From positions 1,955,328-2,019,327 of the forward strand of contig CBDBDK010000001.1 of the NCBI GenBank assembly GCA_965203745.1: DNA of 64,000 nt. Direction: 5' to 3'. Of the stretch, positions 1 to 10,300 are shown piece after piece (the first letter of the stretch is position 1; the number at the start of each line of letters is the position of its first letter). Origin of the DNA: an uncultured Candidatus Binatia bacterium (GTDB taxonomy: Bacteria > Desulfobacterota > Binatia > Bin18). The notes under the pieces are model-generated. The model was not told where the DNA came from and searched no databases. It saw only the letters and a list, made by a program, of their open reading frames with translations. Both the position numbers and the translations under genes were made by a program.

Positions 1-714
1 TTTTCCGATAAGAACCAGGATGGCCGGATTCAGTATTATAATGATCGTAATCCTGCCTTTGCCGAGCGCGCGACAGCGCAAGGCTGGAAGGGCAACGAGT
101 TGTACATCGACCGCGATATTATCGTGCTTGCCAACCCGGAAATTGCCCAACTACCGGCCTGGATCGTCGCCTTGGTTGCGGCGGGCGGTCTGGCGGCCGC
201 CCTGTCTACCGCGGCCGGCCTGCTGCTCGTCCTGTCGATGTCGGTTTCCCATGATCTGATGAAAAAGGTGATCCGCCCGGATATCACCGAGCAGCAAGAG
301 CTCCGCTATGCCCGTCTCGCCGCGGCCGGAGCGGTGATTATCGCCGGCTATTTCGGTATTTACCCGCCGGGGTTTGTCGCTCAGGTCGTGGCGTTTGCCT
401 TCGGCCTGGCCGCTTCGAGCTTCTTCCCGGTGATTGTCCTGGGGATTTTCTCCAAACGCCTGAACCGAGCCGGGGCGATTGCCGGCATGATCTGCGGCAT
501 GAGTTTTACCACGGCCTATATTATCTATTTCAAATTTATCAGCCCCGAAGCCAATACCGCCGAGCACTGGCTCTGGGGTATCTCGCCCGAAGGCATTGGC
601 GGGGTTGGCATGCTCATCAACTTTGGCGTCGCGCTTGTCCTGTCCTCGTTCACCAGCCCGCCACCAATCGCGGTCCAGGACATGGTTGAAAAGATTCGCG
701 TGCCGCGGAGTTAA
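1..714 (+). CDS. sodium:solute symporter (SSS) family protein, C-terminal part (5' end outside window)
   Basis: Frame 1 is open from nt 1 to the stop at 714. Multiple TM helices and G/A-rich motifs are typical of SSS/ActP-like symporters. Confidence 0.65.
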   Translation, partial: FSDKNQDGRIQYYNDRNPAFAERATAQGWKGNELYIDRDIIVLANPEIAQLPAWIVALVAAGGLAAALSTAAGLLLVLSMSVSHDLMKKVIRPDITEQQELRYARLAAAGAVIIAGYFGIYPPGFVAQVVAFAFGLAASSFFPVIVLGIFSKRLNRAGAIAGMICGMSFTTAYIIYFKFISPEANTAEHWLWGISPEGIGGVGMLINFGVALVLSSFTSPPPIAVQDMVEKIRVPRS

Positions 715-734
715 ATAACAGGAGATCGCCGAGA

Positions 735-1100
735 TCATGGCAGCGGGAGGGAACGGACGCGAATACGGTTTTTTTCCACAACAACAATCGCTCCGGTTTG
801 GAGATCATCCTCAATCGCTGGCAGTATTTCCAGCAGGATGGCTGCCAAGCGCTCCGGACGATTGTCTTGGAGACGGAGAGATACCACGCTAGGCTGGGTG
901 TAGTGGGTACTCGCAAGAAGGGCCGAGTAATCAAGGTCTTGGGTGATTACGGTCTGTCTATCGAGGCGGGCACGTTCAAGAATAAGAGAATCCGGGGCAT
1001 CTTGGGGGAGGATATCGCTGACGCGGATAATATCGTGCCCACTCGTTTTAAGAATAGTGACGGTACGAGGGGAGATGTGATGATCGGCCAAGTAACGCAC
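735..1100 (-). CDS. DUF5615 (PIN-like) putative toxin
   Basis: 121 aa ORF. Sequence character of DUF5615/Mut7-C-like PIN proteins. Lies 3 nt downstream of the DUF433 partner in the same orientation. Confidence 0.55.
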   Translation of the reverse strand: MRYLADHHISPRTVTILKTSGHDIIRVSDILPQDAPDSLILERARLDRQTVITQDLDYSALLASTHYTQPSVVSLRLQDNRPERLAAILLEILPAIEDDLQTGAIVVVEKNRIRVRSLPLP

Positions 1101-1103
1101 GAT

Positions 1104-1364
1104 CTAAGAAGGGTAGGCCCGCGACTGCTCAGAGGCTAACCACGCACCGTAGGCAGCCGCCTGTTGAACATCTTCTTCGCTCAGTTCTGGATACTCGTGC
1201 GCGATTTCCTGGCACGACATGCCTGAGGCGATCATGCGGAGAATGAGTGAGACTGTAATCCGGGTGCTTGTCACAGTCGGCTGTCCTAGACAAATATTAG
1301 GGTCTACACTGATTCGGTTAAACGTCATGGCTGACAGCCTACCCGGTTCTATTGTGACCGACAA
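1104..1364 (-). CDS. DUF433 putative antitoxin
   Basis: 86 aa ORF. DUF433-like motif (ICLGQPTV...ILRMIASGMSCQEIAHEYPELSEEDVQQAAAY). Tight pairing with the DUF5615 ORF. Confidence 0.6.
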   Translation of the reverse strand: MSVTIEPGRLSAMTFNRISVDPNICLGQPTVTSTRITVSLILRMIASGMSCQEIAHEYPELSEEDVQQAAAYGAWLASEQSRAYPS

Positions 1365-1402
1365 GCGTTTAGAGGTGGCGGATTGAAGGTTGAAAAAAGA
1401 TG

Positions 1403-1475
<73 letters not shown>

Positions 1476-1675
1476 ACACAGTGGGGCATCCTCTTAGCAG
1501 TTAATCCAGTTTCTTGGCAAGCCCTATTACGGGGTTTACAAGAGACGAGGCTCAAACCGTTGACGTTGATGAGTCGGTGATGATAGCGCCTGGAGGAGAG
1601 ACGGACGATTTGACCAATGGCGGACAGCGCATCAACATTTAGTGATAGTGACGTTGGGCGGGGAGGGACGCAGCA

Positions 1676-2347
1676 ATGTCGGGGAAACAAGGCGCCGGAC
1701 ACAACACGCCACTGATATCGGTGATCCTACCGACTTTTGATCGAGCGGATTTATTGCCACGGAGTATTGCATCGGTGCTGGCCCAGACGTTCACGGACTG
1801 GGAGCTGATCGTCATCGACGATGGGAGCACCGATAATACGGCCGAAGTTGTCGCGACGTGGCAGAAACAGTCGGCCCAGATTCGCTATGTCCGCCAGGTA
1901 AATCAGGGGGTTGGGGCCGCGCGCAACCGTGGCGTTGCGGAAGCCCGTGGGGAATATATCGCCTGTCTCGACAGTGATGACGAATACCGGCCTGCCCATT
2001 TGGAGACGCGGCTCGAACTGTTGCGTCGGCATGACCTTGATTTGATTCAAGGCGGCGTCCAGGTCGCTGGCAAGCAGTGGGTCGTCGATTTCTTTGATCC
2101 GACCAAGCTTATCCGTATATCCGAATGTGTGATCGGCGGGACGCTGTTCGGAAAGCGCACGGTCTTTACCGAGTTGGGTGGATTTTGTGACCTGAACTAT
2201 GGGGAAGACCTTGACCTGTGGGAACGGGCTCAAAAAGCGTTTAAGGCCAAGACCTTTCGCGAGCCAGTGACTTATATCCTCCACGAAACGCCCAATAGTC
2301 TGCGCATGGTTCGGTTTGAGGAGTGGGCGGCCCGGCAATCTGAATAG
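1676..2347 (+). CDS. glycosyltransferase family 2
   Basis: ISVILPTFDRADLL...LIVIDDGS...DSDD motifs typical of GT-A family 2. Confidence 0.75.
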   Translation: MSGKQGAGHNTPLISVILPTFDRADLLPRSIASVLAQTFTDWELIVIDDGSTDNTAEVVATWQKQSAQIRYVRQVNQGVGAARNRGVAEARGEYIACLDSDDEYRPAHLETRLELLRRHDLDLIQGGVQVAGKQWVVDFFDPTKLIRISECVIGGTLFGKRTVFTELGGFCDLNYGEDLDLWERAQKAFKAKTFREPVTYILHETPNSLRMVRFEEWAARQSE

Positions 2348-2386
2348 TCGGCTGACACGGCCACAGCGTACGCCTGAGCGTGTTGG

Positions 2387-3103
2387 TTATGCTGTAGGGC
2401 GACTCTCGTCTGCGGCTGGGACGCGGTCTCTCAGGCAATACACCCCCAGATAGAACAGGGGCGTGTCGAGCAGGGCAAAGACGAGCTTAAACGCATACGA
2501 GGACAGCGCCAGCGGAACAAGTTTGTCAATTGAATCCACGGCTGAGCCCAGTGCCCCGGAAGCATACAGAATTGACGAGATGAGAAACGTATCAACGATC
2601 TGGCTGAGCATGGTCGAGCCGTTATTGCGCAGCCACAAATGTCGCCCCTTGGTGAGCTGTTGCCAGAAATGGAAGAGGTGCACGTCAACGGACTGAGCGA
2701 CCAGATAGGCAATCATAGAGGCGACAACGCCCGGCTTCATAAAGGCGTACACCGCGTCAAACGTCGCGGTTGCCCCCGATACGCCCGAGGCATCCGGCAA
2801 CACGTGACCGAACCACATCAGGAAAAGCATGAAGAAATTCATGCAAAAACCAACCCAGACGATGGACTGCGCTCGCCGCCGGCCGTAGAGTTCGCTGATC
2901 AGGTCGGTGGCCAAAAAGGTAAAGGGATAAGCCAACAGCCCGGCCGGAATGACAAACCAGCCCAGATCGACGAACTTCGTAATCCCGACAACATTCCCCA
3001 AGGTGAGCGAGGTGAGGAAAATGCCAGCCAGAAAGGAGTAGAGAACCTCGCGGGTATGCGCCGACCAAGCCCGACCAGTCGGAGTGCGCGTGTCGTGCGG
3101 CAT
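2387..3103 (-). CDS. yhhQ: queuosine precursor transporter (YhhQ/DUF165 family)
   Basis: 238 aa polytopic membrane protein with YhhQ/VUT-family sequence character. Sits 10 nt downstream of gshB. Confidence 0.7.
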   Translation of the reverse strand: MPHDTRTPTGRAWSAHTREVLYSFLAGIFLTSLTLGNVVGITKFVDLGWFVIPAGLLAYPFTFLATDLISELYGRRRAQSIVWVGFCMNFFMLFLMWFGHVLPDASGVSGATATFDAVYAFMKPGVVASMIAYLVAQSVDVHLFHFWQQLTKGRHLWLRNNGSTMLSQIVDTFLISSILYASGALGSAVDSIDKLVPLALSSYAFKLVFALLDTPLFYLGVYCLRDRVPAADESRPTA

Positions 3104-3113
3104 TGGATGTCAG

Positions 3114-4076
3114 TTACGCACGGGGACGCGACCGCTCTGCCACCTGCCGCTCGGCAAAATCAATGACTTGGGCTTCCAGGCAGGTCTGGTTGAGCCGATC
3201 AATTTCCTGCACCCCGGTGGGGCTGGTGACATTGACCTCGGTCAGGTAGTCACCAATGATGTCGAGCCCGACAAAATACAACCCGTCCCTTTGGAGAAAC
3301 GGGGCGACGGCTCGACATATCTCTTGATCGCGATCGGTGATATCCGCCTTGACGCAGGTTCCACCCACGTGGATATTGCCCCGATTTTCATCGGCCCGAG
3401 GCACCCGCAGGGTACAACCGATAGGTTCGCCGTTCAGGGCGATAAGACGCTTGTCACCCTGACGGACTTCCGGGATATACTGCTGGGCAATGATGGCCTC
3501 GCGGCCGTCCTGAGTCAGGGTTTCGAGGATAGAGTTCAGATTCCGGTCATCCTTACGGACATAAAAAATACCGGCCCCGCCATGGCCGTCTATGGGTTTG
3601 ATAATCATCTCTCCGCCCAGCTCATCCAGAAAAGCCTTGAGACGTTTTGCGTCGTGGGTGATCAAGGTAGCGGGGATGACGCTGGGAAAGTTGAGAGCGT
3701 ACAGTTTCTCGTTTGCCGCGCGCAGGCCGGCGGGCCGATTGAGGACAACCGCGCCTTCATTCTGGGCAAGGTCGAGCAGTTGGGTCGCGTGCAGATAGGC
3801 AATATCAAAGGGGGGGTCTTTGCGCATAAAAATCGCGTCAAACTCACCCAACGGGCCCGTGTGTTCTGCGCCAAAGGTAAAATGGTTGTTCAGCTCTCGG
3901 CGCAGTTCGATCCGGCGGGCTCGACCCATGGCGCGCGCACGTTCAATAAACAGGTCGGACATTTCCAGATACCAGACCTCGTGGCCACGGGCCTGCGCCT
4001 CAAGCATGAAAACAAAGGTGGTGTCTTTGTCTATCAGGACGTGGTGAATCGGGTCCATAATAAAGGCGAAACGCAT
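3114..4076 (-). CDS. gshB: glutathione synthetase
   Basis: The N-terminus MRFAFIMDPI... and the ATP-grasp region (IIKPIDGHGGAGIF, EVNVTSPTG) match prokaryotic GshB. The start was chosen at the internal Met (MRFAF) and the ORF extends to 4112. Confidence 0.85.
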   Translation of the reverse strand: MRFAFIMDPIHHVLIDKDTTFVFMLEAQARGHEVWYLEMSDLFIERARAMGRARRIELRRELNNHFTFGAEHTGPLGEFDAIFMRKDPPFDIAYLHATQLLDLAQNEGAVVLNRPAGLRAANEKLYALNFPSVIPATLITHDAKRLKAFLDELGGEMIIKPIDGHGGAGIFYVRKDDRNLNSILETLTQDGREAIIAQQYIPEVRQGDKRLIALNGEPIGCTLRVPRADENRGNIHVGGTCVKADITDRDQEICRAVAPFLQRDGLYFVGLDIIGDYLTEVNVTSPTGVQEIDRLNQTCLEAQVIDFAERQVAERSRPRA

Positions 4077-4167
4077 CATGCTGCCTCCTCTTAGCCGGCG
4101 CGCTCCCATCAAACCGAAGAAGGATTTACTCTGTCCACAGGTGCGGCATGCTAGGCAGTCGTCGGGT

Positions 4168-4914
4168 TTAAGGCAAGGGGGAATGGATATCGCGCCACAG
4201 AAACTGACACAGGGCGACAGCCGTTATACTCGCCGTCTCCGCCCGCAGCACCGAAGTGCCCAGACTGACCGACACAAACCCGGCGGCCTGGGCCTGCTCG
4301 ACTTCTTCAGGAGCAAAGCCGCCTTCTGGACCGACCAGAATATGGAGGGCATCGAACTGAGTAGAGTTTTGCGCAAACTCCTTGAGGTGCAGAGTCCGCT
4401 CTCGTTCTGAGAAAATCAGCTTCCCTGAAGGAGCCGGAACAGAGTGCATGAGCTCAGGAAAAGGCTGCGGCGGACGAATCTCGGGCGGCGAGCTGCCTGA
4501 CTGTTTTGCTGCGGCGCGAGCGATGTGCTGCCAGCGCGCTAGACGTTCAGCCCGTTTGCCGTCAGGAATACGGGCAACCGTAAAGGCCGAGACAAAAGGG
4601 GCAATGGCGTGAACGCCGAGTTCGGTGGCTTTTTCAATCACGAGATCCATTCTGCGTCCCTTGAGCGTTCCCTGAGCCAGTGTGAGATGAAAGGCCTGGG
4701 TTGCGGGAGGGGCGTGTTTTGTAATACCGACCTCGGCATGGGTCGGTGCGATATGGAGAATCTCACCGTGATAGGTTACTCCTCTTTCATCGTACAGGGT
4801 GATGCGTGCACCACGCCCGAGCCGCAGGACGTGTCGCAGATGGTGAAACTCTGCTCCGCTGAGCTGAGCCCGATCTTGAGTGATGGCCTGGGATGAAATG
4901 AAGAAGCGTCGCAT
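4168..4914 (-). CDS. rsmE: 16S rRNA (uracil1498-N3)-methyltransferase
   Basis: 248 aa. RsmE-like PUA N-terminus plus a SPOUT C-terminus (ILVGPEGGFAPEE). Confidence 0.8.
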   Translation of the reverse strand: MRRFFISSQAITQDRAQLSGAEFHHLRHVLRLGRGARITLYDERGVTYHGEILHIAPTHAEVGITKHAPPATQAFHLTLAQGTLKGRRMDLVIEKATELGVHAIAPFVSAFTVARIPDGKRAERLARWQHIARAAAKQSGSSPPEIRPPQPFPELMHSVPAPSGKLIFSERERTLHLKEFAQNSTQFDALHILVGPEGGFAPEEVEQAQAAGFVSVSLGTSVLRAETASITAVALCQFLWRDIHSPLP

Positions 4915-4915
4915 A

Positions 4916-5851
4916 TCATCTACTGTCCGGTCGGTCGGAGCCCCGACGTAAGACCAGGGTTGCCCAGTCGTCTTTGGCGCGGTGTTCTACCAGCGTCCAG
5001 TCTGGTGCGCAGAATGCCTCAAGCACGGCCTCGGACTGGTCGCTCTGGATACCGGATAAGATGGCGTGGCCGGAATGTGTCAATATTTGGGTGAGCGTCG
5101 GACAGAATACGATCAGTGTTGCGGCAAAAAGATTGGCGACGACCAATTGAAAAGGTGACGGAAGTTCGTTGAGGCTGGCAGCGCTGATATGGACGGCTGG
5201 CGCGACGCCGTTCACCAGTGCGTTTTTCTGCGCTTCTTCGCGCGCGATCGGGTCGATATCCGTTGCCCAAATTGACGGAGTTCCCAGCTTGGCTAAGGCA
5301 ATAGCAAGAATTCCAGAGCCGGTTCCCAGATCGAGGGCTCGCGCCGGAGGACCATACGTGTCACACAACGCTTCGAGCGCTTCCAGACAGGTGTGTGTGG
5401 TCGCGTGATGACCCGTGCCGAAGGCCATGCTGGGGTTCATCTCAATGACCTCTCGCTTCGATTGCGCAGGTCGGACCTCCCAGGGTGGGAGGATAAGCAG
5501 GCGTTGTCCAACCGGGAGGGGCGGGAAGTGGGTTTTCCAGCGCTCTTGCCAAGTGTCACTGGCAATGACCTCACACGCAGGAATGCAAGTGACTAGGGCG
5601 GGGTACTCGGTGGCGATACGCCGGAGATGTTTCGTGAGGCTTGTCAACAACGCCCCGGAGTCCCGGTCTGCGGGGAAAAAACCTTGGACGAGCGTCCAGG
5701 CTGGCGGTGGCGTGTCCGGCTTCCACTCCCCCTCAGCAATACCAATTGAGCCGAGTTCGACCAGAAAATAGGAGACGGCCTCAACCGCCTCAGTGGGGAC
5801 GGACACCGCAACACGCAGCCATTGCTCTGCGCCCATAACGTATGCACTCAA
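4916..5851 (-). CDS. prmA: ribosomal protein L11 methyltransferase
   Basis: 311 aa. PrmA motifs (ALDLGTGSGILAIALAKLG; FGTGHHATT). Confidence 0.85.
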   Translation of the reverse strand: MSAYVMGAEQWLRVAVSVPTEAVEAVSYFLVELGSIGIAEGEWKPDTPPPAWTLVQGFFPADRDSGALLTSLTKHLRRIATEYPALVTCIPACEVIASDTWQERWKTHFPPLPVGQRLLILPPWEVRPAQSKREVIEMNPSMAFGTGHHATTHTCLEALEALCDTYGPPARALDLGTGSGILAIALAKLGTPSIWATDIDPIAREEAQKNALVNGVAPAVHISAASLNELPSPFQLVVANLFAATLIVFCPTLTQILTHSGHAILSGIQSDQSEAVLEAFCAPDWTLVEHRAKDDWATLVLRRGSDRPDSR

Positions 5852-5883
5852 ACATCTGCATGGCTACTGGAGGATGTGTTCAC

Positions 5884-8508
5884 TCATTGGCCCACAATAA
5901 CCAGTGTCTGCTCGGCTGGATTGAGATAGGTATTGGCAACCCGTTGTACGTCCGTCTGCGTCACCTGCTGGATATGGTCGAGGTAGAGACGCCCATGCGT
6001 ATGCCCGAGGCCGTACAGTTCGTTGAAGGCCAATTCTTCAGATTGCGCGGCATTTGATTGGAGGGAAATCTCATAGCTGCCGGTCATATATTTCTTGGCC
6101 CGCTCAAGCTCGTCCGCCGTGACTTTCTCCTGGCGGAGGCGTTCCAACTCTGTTTGTGTGGCGATCACCGCTTCGTCCACGCTGCCTGGGTCTGTGCCCA
6201 AGTACACGCCAAACGTCCCTGGGGCGAGTCCTTCAACACTGAACGCGGTCACAGAATAGGCCAGGGCGCGCTGTTCCCGCACCTCATAGAACAGCCGCCC
6301 CCCTTGGCGAGACAGGATGGTATCGAGGACCTTCAGCGCATAGCGGTCAGGATTGTCGAGGGTGACGCCTTGGAATCCCAGGACCACGTGGGCTTGTCGT
6401 TTCTCCACTCTTTTGGTTGCGTTCCGCGCACCGCTTGGGCGAGCCTCTGGCGCTGGGGCAGAGGGTGGCGTGACTGCGGGGAGGCTCGATAATCCGGCAC
6501 TCAGGCGGTCAATCAGGTACGTCGTCTCAACGTCGCCAACAACACTCAGCACCAGGCGTTTAGGGTCGAGGAGGGTTTTGTAGTAAGTGGCAACCTGCTC
6601 TTGGGTCATGGCACCGATACTGACTTCGCTGCCGAGGGTCAGCAGGCGATAGGGATGCGTCTCGTACAAGGTCTGGTAAAAGAGATCAAACGCAATCTGA
6701 GCGAGATCATCTTCGCGATTTTTGAGTGCCAGTAAAATTTCACGACGACGTTTTTCTATTTCACCGGCTGGAAAAGTCGGGTGGAGTAGGGTCTCAAGGA
6801 AAATATCAATGCCTTCATCAACGTGGGTCGTGAGAAACGAGCCCGATAAGCCTAAGCTATTCCGTCCGGAAAAACCGTTTAAGCCGCCCGCCAACGATTC
6901 AACCGCTTCCGCCAGACTGAGGCGTGAGAACTGTTGGCTGCCACGAGTCAGCATGCCGGCAATAAAATTGCTGATGCCAGCGTTGTGTTCGCTTTCAAAC
7001 AAGAGGCCACCGAGCGTTGCCGCTTGAACTGCCATGACCGGAACGCCGTGGTGTTCCTTCACTAGCAGACGAACGCCGTTATCGAGGCGAATGGCTGTCA
7101 CCGCGCTGCCGCTCGCCCCGTTCGTTCCCGCTGAAGCGGCAGCCTTGCTGACCGGCTGGTCGAGGCGACGGCACAATTGTGTGATGTCCTCGGCGGTCGG
7201 GAGACTGGCGCCCTGCGTTTTCCCCAGGATGACGGCGTTGAGCCCGGTCGGAGAGAGGTATTGGCGTGCGACGCGCTGAATGTCCTGAGGTGTGACCGAG
7301 GCCAAGCCGTTGAGATAGCGCTGCTCATAGTCGGGGTCAGAGAAGACCGTGAGAAAATACCCCAGTTGGCGGGCCTGGCCTTGGACGGTTTCCCGTCGGT
7401 AAACAAAATCACTGGCTAAATTCGTTCGAGCCCGGTCGAGTTCTGCCTGGGTTACAGGCGTGTGTTTGTACTGGAAGAGCAGGGCCAAACTCTGTTCGAA
7501 CGCTGGCCGAATCTGCTCGTGTTCCAGGGCTGCCGCCAGGATGAACAGACCCGAATCGGCCGGCGTATAGGCACTGGCCGTAATCCAGTTGACCAATTCC
7601 TGTTCGGCCTGGAGCTTTTGGACCAGGGTCGAGCTTTCTCCGCCGCCCACGATAAAGCTGAGGAGGTCAAGGGCAAAAATATCTGCATGTTCAGCCGGCG
7701 GGAGAGGAAAGCCCATATACAGGTAGAACTCCTCGACGTTCATATCCACGATGGAGAGGCGCAGTTCGGTCTGGGCCGGTTCGGTCGGACGAGGACGGAC
7801 GGGAAGTTGCACGGAGGGGCTCTGGTCAAAGAGTCGTTGGACTTCTTGTCGAGCTTTTTCCCGATCAATATCTCCAACGATTACCACCGTCATATTATTG
7901 GGATGGTACCAGCGCTGGTAGAAGTGCACGACGCGCTCGCGATTGAGCGCTTCAATGGTTGCGCGATAGCCAATAATCGGACGACCGTACGGGTGCTGTG
8001 TATAGGCAACCTCAAACAGCTCGGTTGCCGCTCGCGTGGTGGGTGAATCCTCGCCACGCTTCCATTCTTCCATCACGACCTGGAGTTCTTTGTCCAGTTC
8101 GCGTGGATCAAAAGTCGAGTTTTGGATGGCATCGGTCAGAATATCGAGACCGTCTGAAAAATGTCGGGAGGCAAGGACGATGTGGTAGACGGTATGATCC
8201 GCAGTGGTAAACGCGTTGATGCTGCCACCGGATGATTCAATTTCAGAAGCGATGGCTCCGACCGGACGCCGCCGGGTACCCTTAAAGAGCATGTGTTCAT
8301 GGACGTGGGCGGCGCCGGCAACATCGGGAGTCTCATCCGCACTACCGGCCTTGACCCATATCTGGATGGCGACGACGGGCGCAAAATGGTCTTCTTGAAC
8401 GGCGACGCGAAGGCCGTTTTCGAGCGTAAAAAGAAGACGATCTGGATTCTGTTGCAGGTCGGTTGTGGGGTTCGAAGCGACGTTCGACATGGCCCCTCTG
8501 TGTTTCAC
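5884..8508 (-). CDS. M16 family zinc peptidase (pitrilysin-like, tandem M16 units)
   Basis: 874 aa. Inverted zinc motif HEHMLFKGT (HxxEH). The second half repeats the M16 fold. Confidence 0.8.
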   Translation of the reverse strand: MKHRGAMSNVASNPTTDLQQNPDRLLFTLENGLRVAVQEDHFAPVVAIQIWVKAGSADETPDVAGAAHVHEHMLFKGTRRRPVGAIASEIESSGGSINAFTTADHTVYHIVLASRHFSDGLDILTDAIQNSTFDPRELDKELQVVMEEWKRGEDSPTTRAATELFEVAYTQHPYGRPIIGYRATIEALNRERVVHFYQRWYHPNNMTVVIVGDIDREKARQEVQRLFDQSPSVQLPVRPRPTEPAQTELRLSIVDMNVEEFYLYMGFPLPPAEHADIFALDLLSFIVGGGESSTLVQKLQAEQELVNWITASAYTPADSGLFILAAALEHEQIRPAFEQSLALLFQYKHTPVTQAELDRARTNLASDFVYRRETVQGQARQLGYFLTVFSDPDYEQRYLNGLASVTPQDIQRVARQYLSPTGLNAVILGKTQGASLPTAEDITQLCRRLDQPVSKAAASAGTNGASGSAVTAIRLDNGVRLLVKEHHGVPVMAVQAATLGGLLFESEHNAGISNFIAGMLTRGSQQFSRLSLAEAVESLAGGLNGFSGRNSLGLSGSFLTTHVDEGIDIFLETLLHPTFPAGEIEKRRREILLALKNREDDLAQIAFDLFYQTLYETHPYRLLTLGSEVSIGAMTQEQVATYYKTLLDPKRLVLSVVGDVETTYLIDRLSAGLSSLPAVTPPSAPAPEARPSGARNATKRVEKRQAHVVLGFQGVTLDNPDRYALKVLDTILSRQGGRLFYEVREQRALAYSVTAFSVEGLAPGTFGVYLGTDPGSVDEAVIATQTELERLRQEKVTADELERAKKYMTGSYEISLQSNAAQSEELAFNELYGLGHTHGRLYLDHIQQVTQTDVQRVANTYLNPAEQTLVIVGQ

Positions 8509-8580
8509 ACCCCCGGAGGGGAGTCAAGGAATATATGGGCAGGAGGAGTGCAGATAAAAGAGCAGGCGGGGAGTCCTGCC

Positions 8581-8664
8581 TGCGAGGAGGGGGACTTGAA
8601 CCCCCACGGGTGTTACCCCACTAGTCCCTCAAACTAGCGCGTCTACCAGTTCCGCCATCCTCGC
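8581..8664 (-). tRNA. tRNA-Leu (anticodon GAG)
   Basis: The reverse complement reads GCGAGGATGGCGGAACTGGTAGACGCGCTAGTTTGAGGGACTAGTGGGGTAACACCCGTGGGGGTTCAAGTCCCCCTCCTCGCA. It has a long variable arm and anticodon loop TTGAGGG. Confidence 0.85.
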
Positions 8665-8762
8665 GAAAATAGGACACTTTCACCATAAAGATAAATGTGG
8701 ACGGAGGATAATACCGCGCTCTTTTGAGCTGGTCTAGGGGGGCAAGGGGACGCGGTTATCCC

Positions 8763-10169
8763 CTAGACCACAGGCATTGGTGTTGGTGGCATGGCCGAAG
8801 GAGCGGGCTGCTCGGATTGATGCCGCCACCACCGCCGGAACGTGCCTTTGGCAACCCGTCCCATAACCGCCGGCGTAAAGAAGCTGGAGGGTGGCTTGAG
8901 CATCTGAAGGACTTCCCCGACGTGACGTCGGAGGGTCATGTCTTCGATAGCGGCCATGAAGAGGGCATTCATATAGGGGCCAACAAGACGTGCGCCTTTT
9001 GGACGCTCGCCTTCCGTTGTCGGCAAGCTAAAGTCGGCCCCGGTTGCGAGACCCCATGGGGCGGCCTGAACTCCGGCCTGGGCTTTAAAGAAATGCCGCG
9101 ACAGATCCGGATGCGTCGGACCGTATTTTGTGAGACACTCGTCTAGCGCGCCGGCCGAGAGGGTGCCAGTTGTCATGCCTTGTCCATACACCGGATTAAA
9201 CGCGCAGGTGGAATCTCCTACGGCAATAAAGCCGTCCACACGTGTTTTCCATTTTTCATACCGACGGAATCGGTTCGCCATTTTCCGGTAGGCATAGACC
9301 GAAGAGATAGGCTCGGCGAGACGTACCGCGTCGGCCACGACCGGAGAGCGCAGTTGCGAGAGCGCCGCTGTAAATTCCTTCTCGTCCTTGGGCGGATAGT
9401 GTTTGGAGACTCCTGCCAGGGTGACAATCCAGCGGTTGCGTTCGACGGGGAAGAGCACGCCGGCCAGGGGATGTTCCGGCAGTTTCAGGTCGAGCCAAAC
9501 GCCCTTCCACCACCAGTCCTTGGGGAGGTGGTCTGGCGCTTGATACCAACGCGAACTATAGCCTGTATGCGCATCCACAATAGTCTCAGGCGGAGGCGCA
9601 ATGCCGAGCTCCTGGAGCCAGTTCGGCGCTTTTGACGCCCGCCCACTGGCGTCAACGACCAAGTCGGCCCGAATCGAAGTGGGTTCATCTGCGTCGCGTG
9701 GTACGAGATGCACGGTATCAATGCGCGGCTGGCCATCGGCAGCCATGCTCAGGCCGGTCACCCTCGTTTGAGCGCAGATCTCAACATTGGGCAGCTTGCA
9801 GAACAACTCACGGACGGTTGATTCAATCAGATGACGACTGGCGAACAGCGTCAGCATGCCGGTGGGACGACGGGGTTCCCAGCCCCAGTTCCGGAGCGTG
9901 GCAAAGTCGTTGCCAAAGTCAATCTCATGCGCCCCGCGCTCAAGCATCAGAGTGTCAAAGCCTGGGAAGAGACGGTTGAGTTCTCGCCGTCCGCGTACGA
10001 GTAAGGCATGAACGTGGCGACTCTGCGGAACCCCGGCACGTTCCCGTGCGCCGTCCGGGCAGGCATCCCGGTCCAGGACGGTCACTCTGTCGAAATGAGA
10101 GCTGAGTATGCGCGCGGTGCACAAGCCGGCCATGCTGCCACCAATGACGACCGCGTGAGTATGAGACAT
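8763..10169 (-). CDS. FAD-dependent oxidoreductase/monooxygenase family protein
   Basis: 468 aa. N-terminal dinucleotide-binding motif VVIGGSMAGL. Typical length for flavin monooxygenase/reductase-like proteins. Confidence 0.6.
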   Translation of the reverse strand: MSHTHAVVIGGSMAGLCTARILSSHFDRVTVLDRDACPDGARERAGVPQSRHVHALLVRGRRELNRLFPGFDTLMLERGAHEIDFGNDFATLRNWGWEPRRPTGMLTLFASRHLIESTVRELFCKLPNVEICAQTRVTGLSMAADGQPRIDTVHLVPRDADEPTSIRADLVVDASGRASKAPNWLQELGIAPPPETIVDAHTGYSSRWYQAPDHLPKDWWWKGVWLDLKLPEHPLAGVLFPVERNRWIVTLAGVSKHYPPKDEKEFTAALSQLRSPVVADAVRLAEPISSVYAYRKMANRFRRYEKWKTRVDGFIAVGDSTCAFNPVYGQGMTTGTLSAGALDECLTKYGPTHPDLSRHFFKAQAGVQAAPWGLATGADFSLPTTEGERPKGARLVGPYMNALFMAAIEDMTLRRHVGEVLQMLKPPSSFFTPAVMGRVAKGTFRRWWRHQSEQPAPSAMPPTPMPVV

Positions 10170-10300
10170 GCGTTGCTCCTGTGTGCCTATTGCTGCAAGA
10201 TCATGTAAGGTCGAGTCGGTGTCGGACGGCTTGGGCCAACTTGCGCTCGTCTAAGGCCCTGCGCACGCGACACGCGAGTTCCACCCGGCGCGCTCAAGGA

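Noticed and set aside
3084-4094. 336-aa plus-strand ORF
   Set aside because: It is entirely antisense to gshB, whose translation matches glutathione synthetase motif-for-motif. The plus-frame protein has no recognisable domain.
8730-8770. 11-bp inverted repeat (tggtctagggg...cccctagacca) overlapping the stop codon of the FAD oxidoreductase gene
   Set aside because: It could be a terminator, but it has a 19-nt loop and no U-tract on the relevant strand. Too weak to call.
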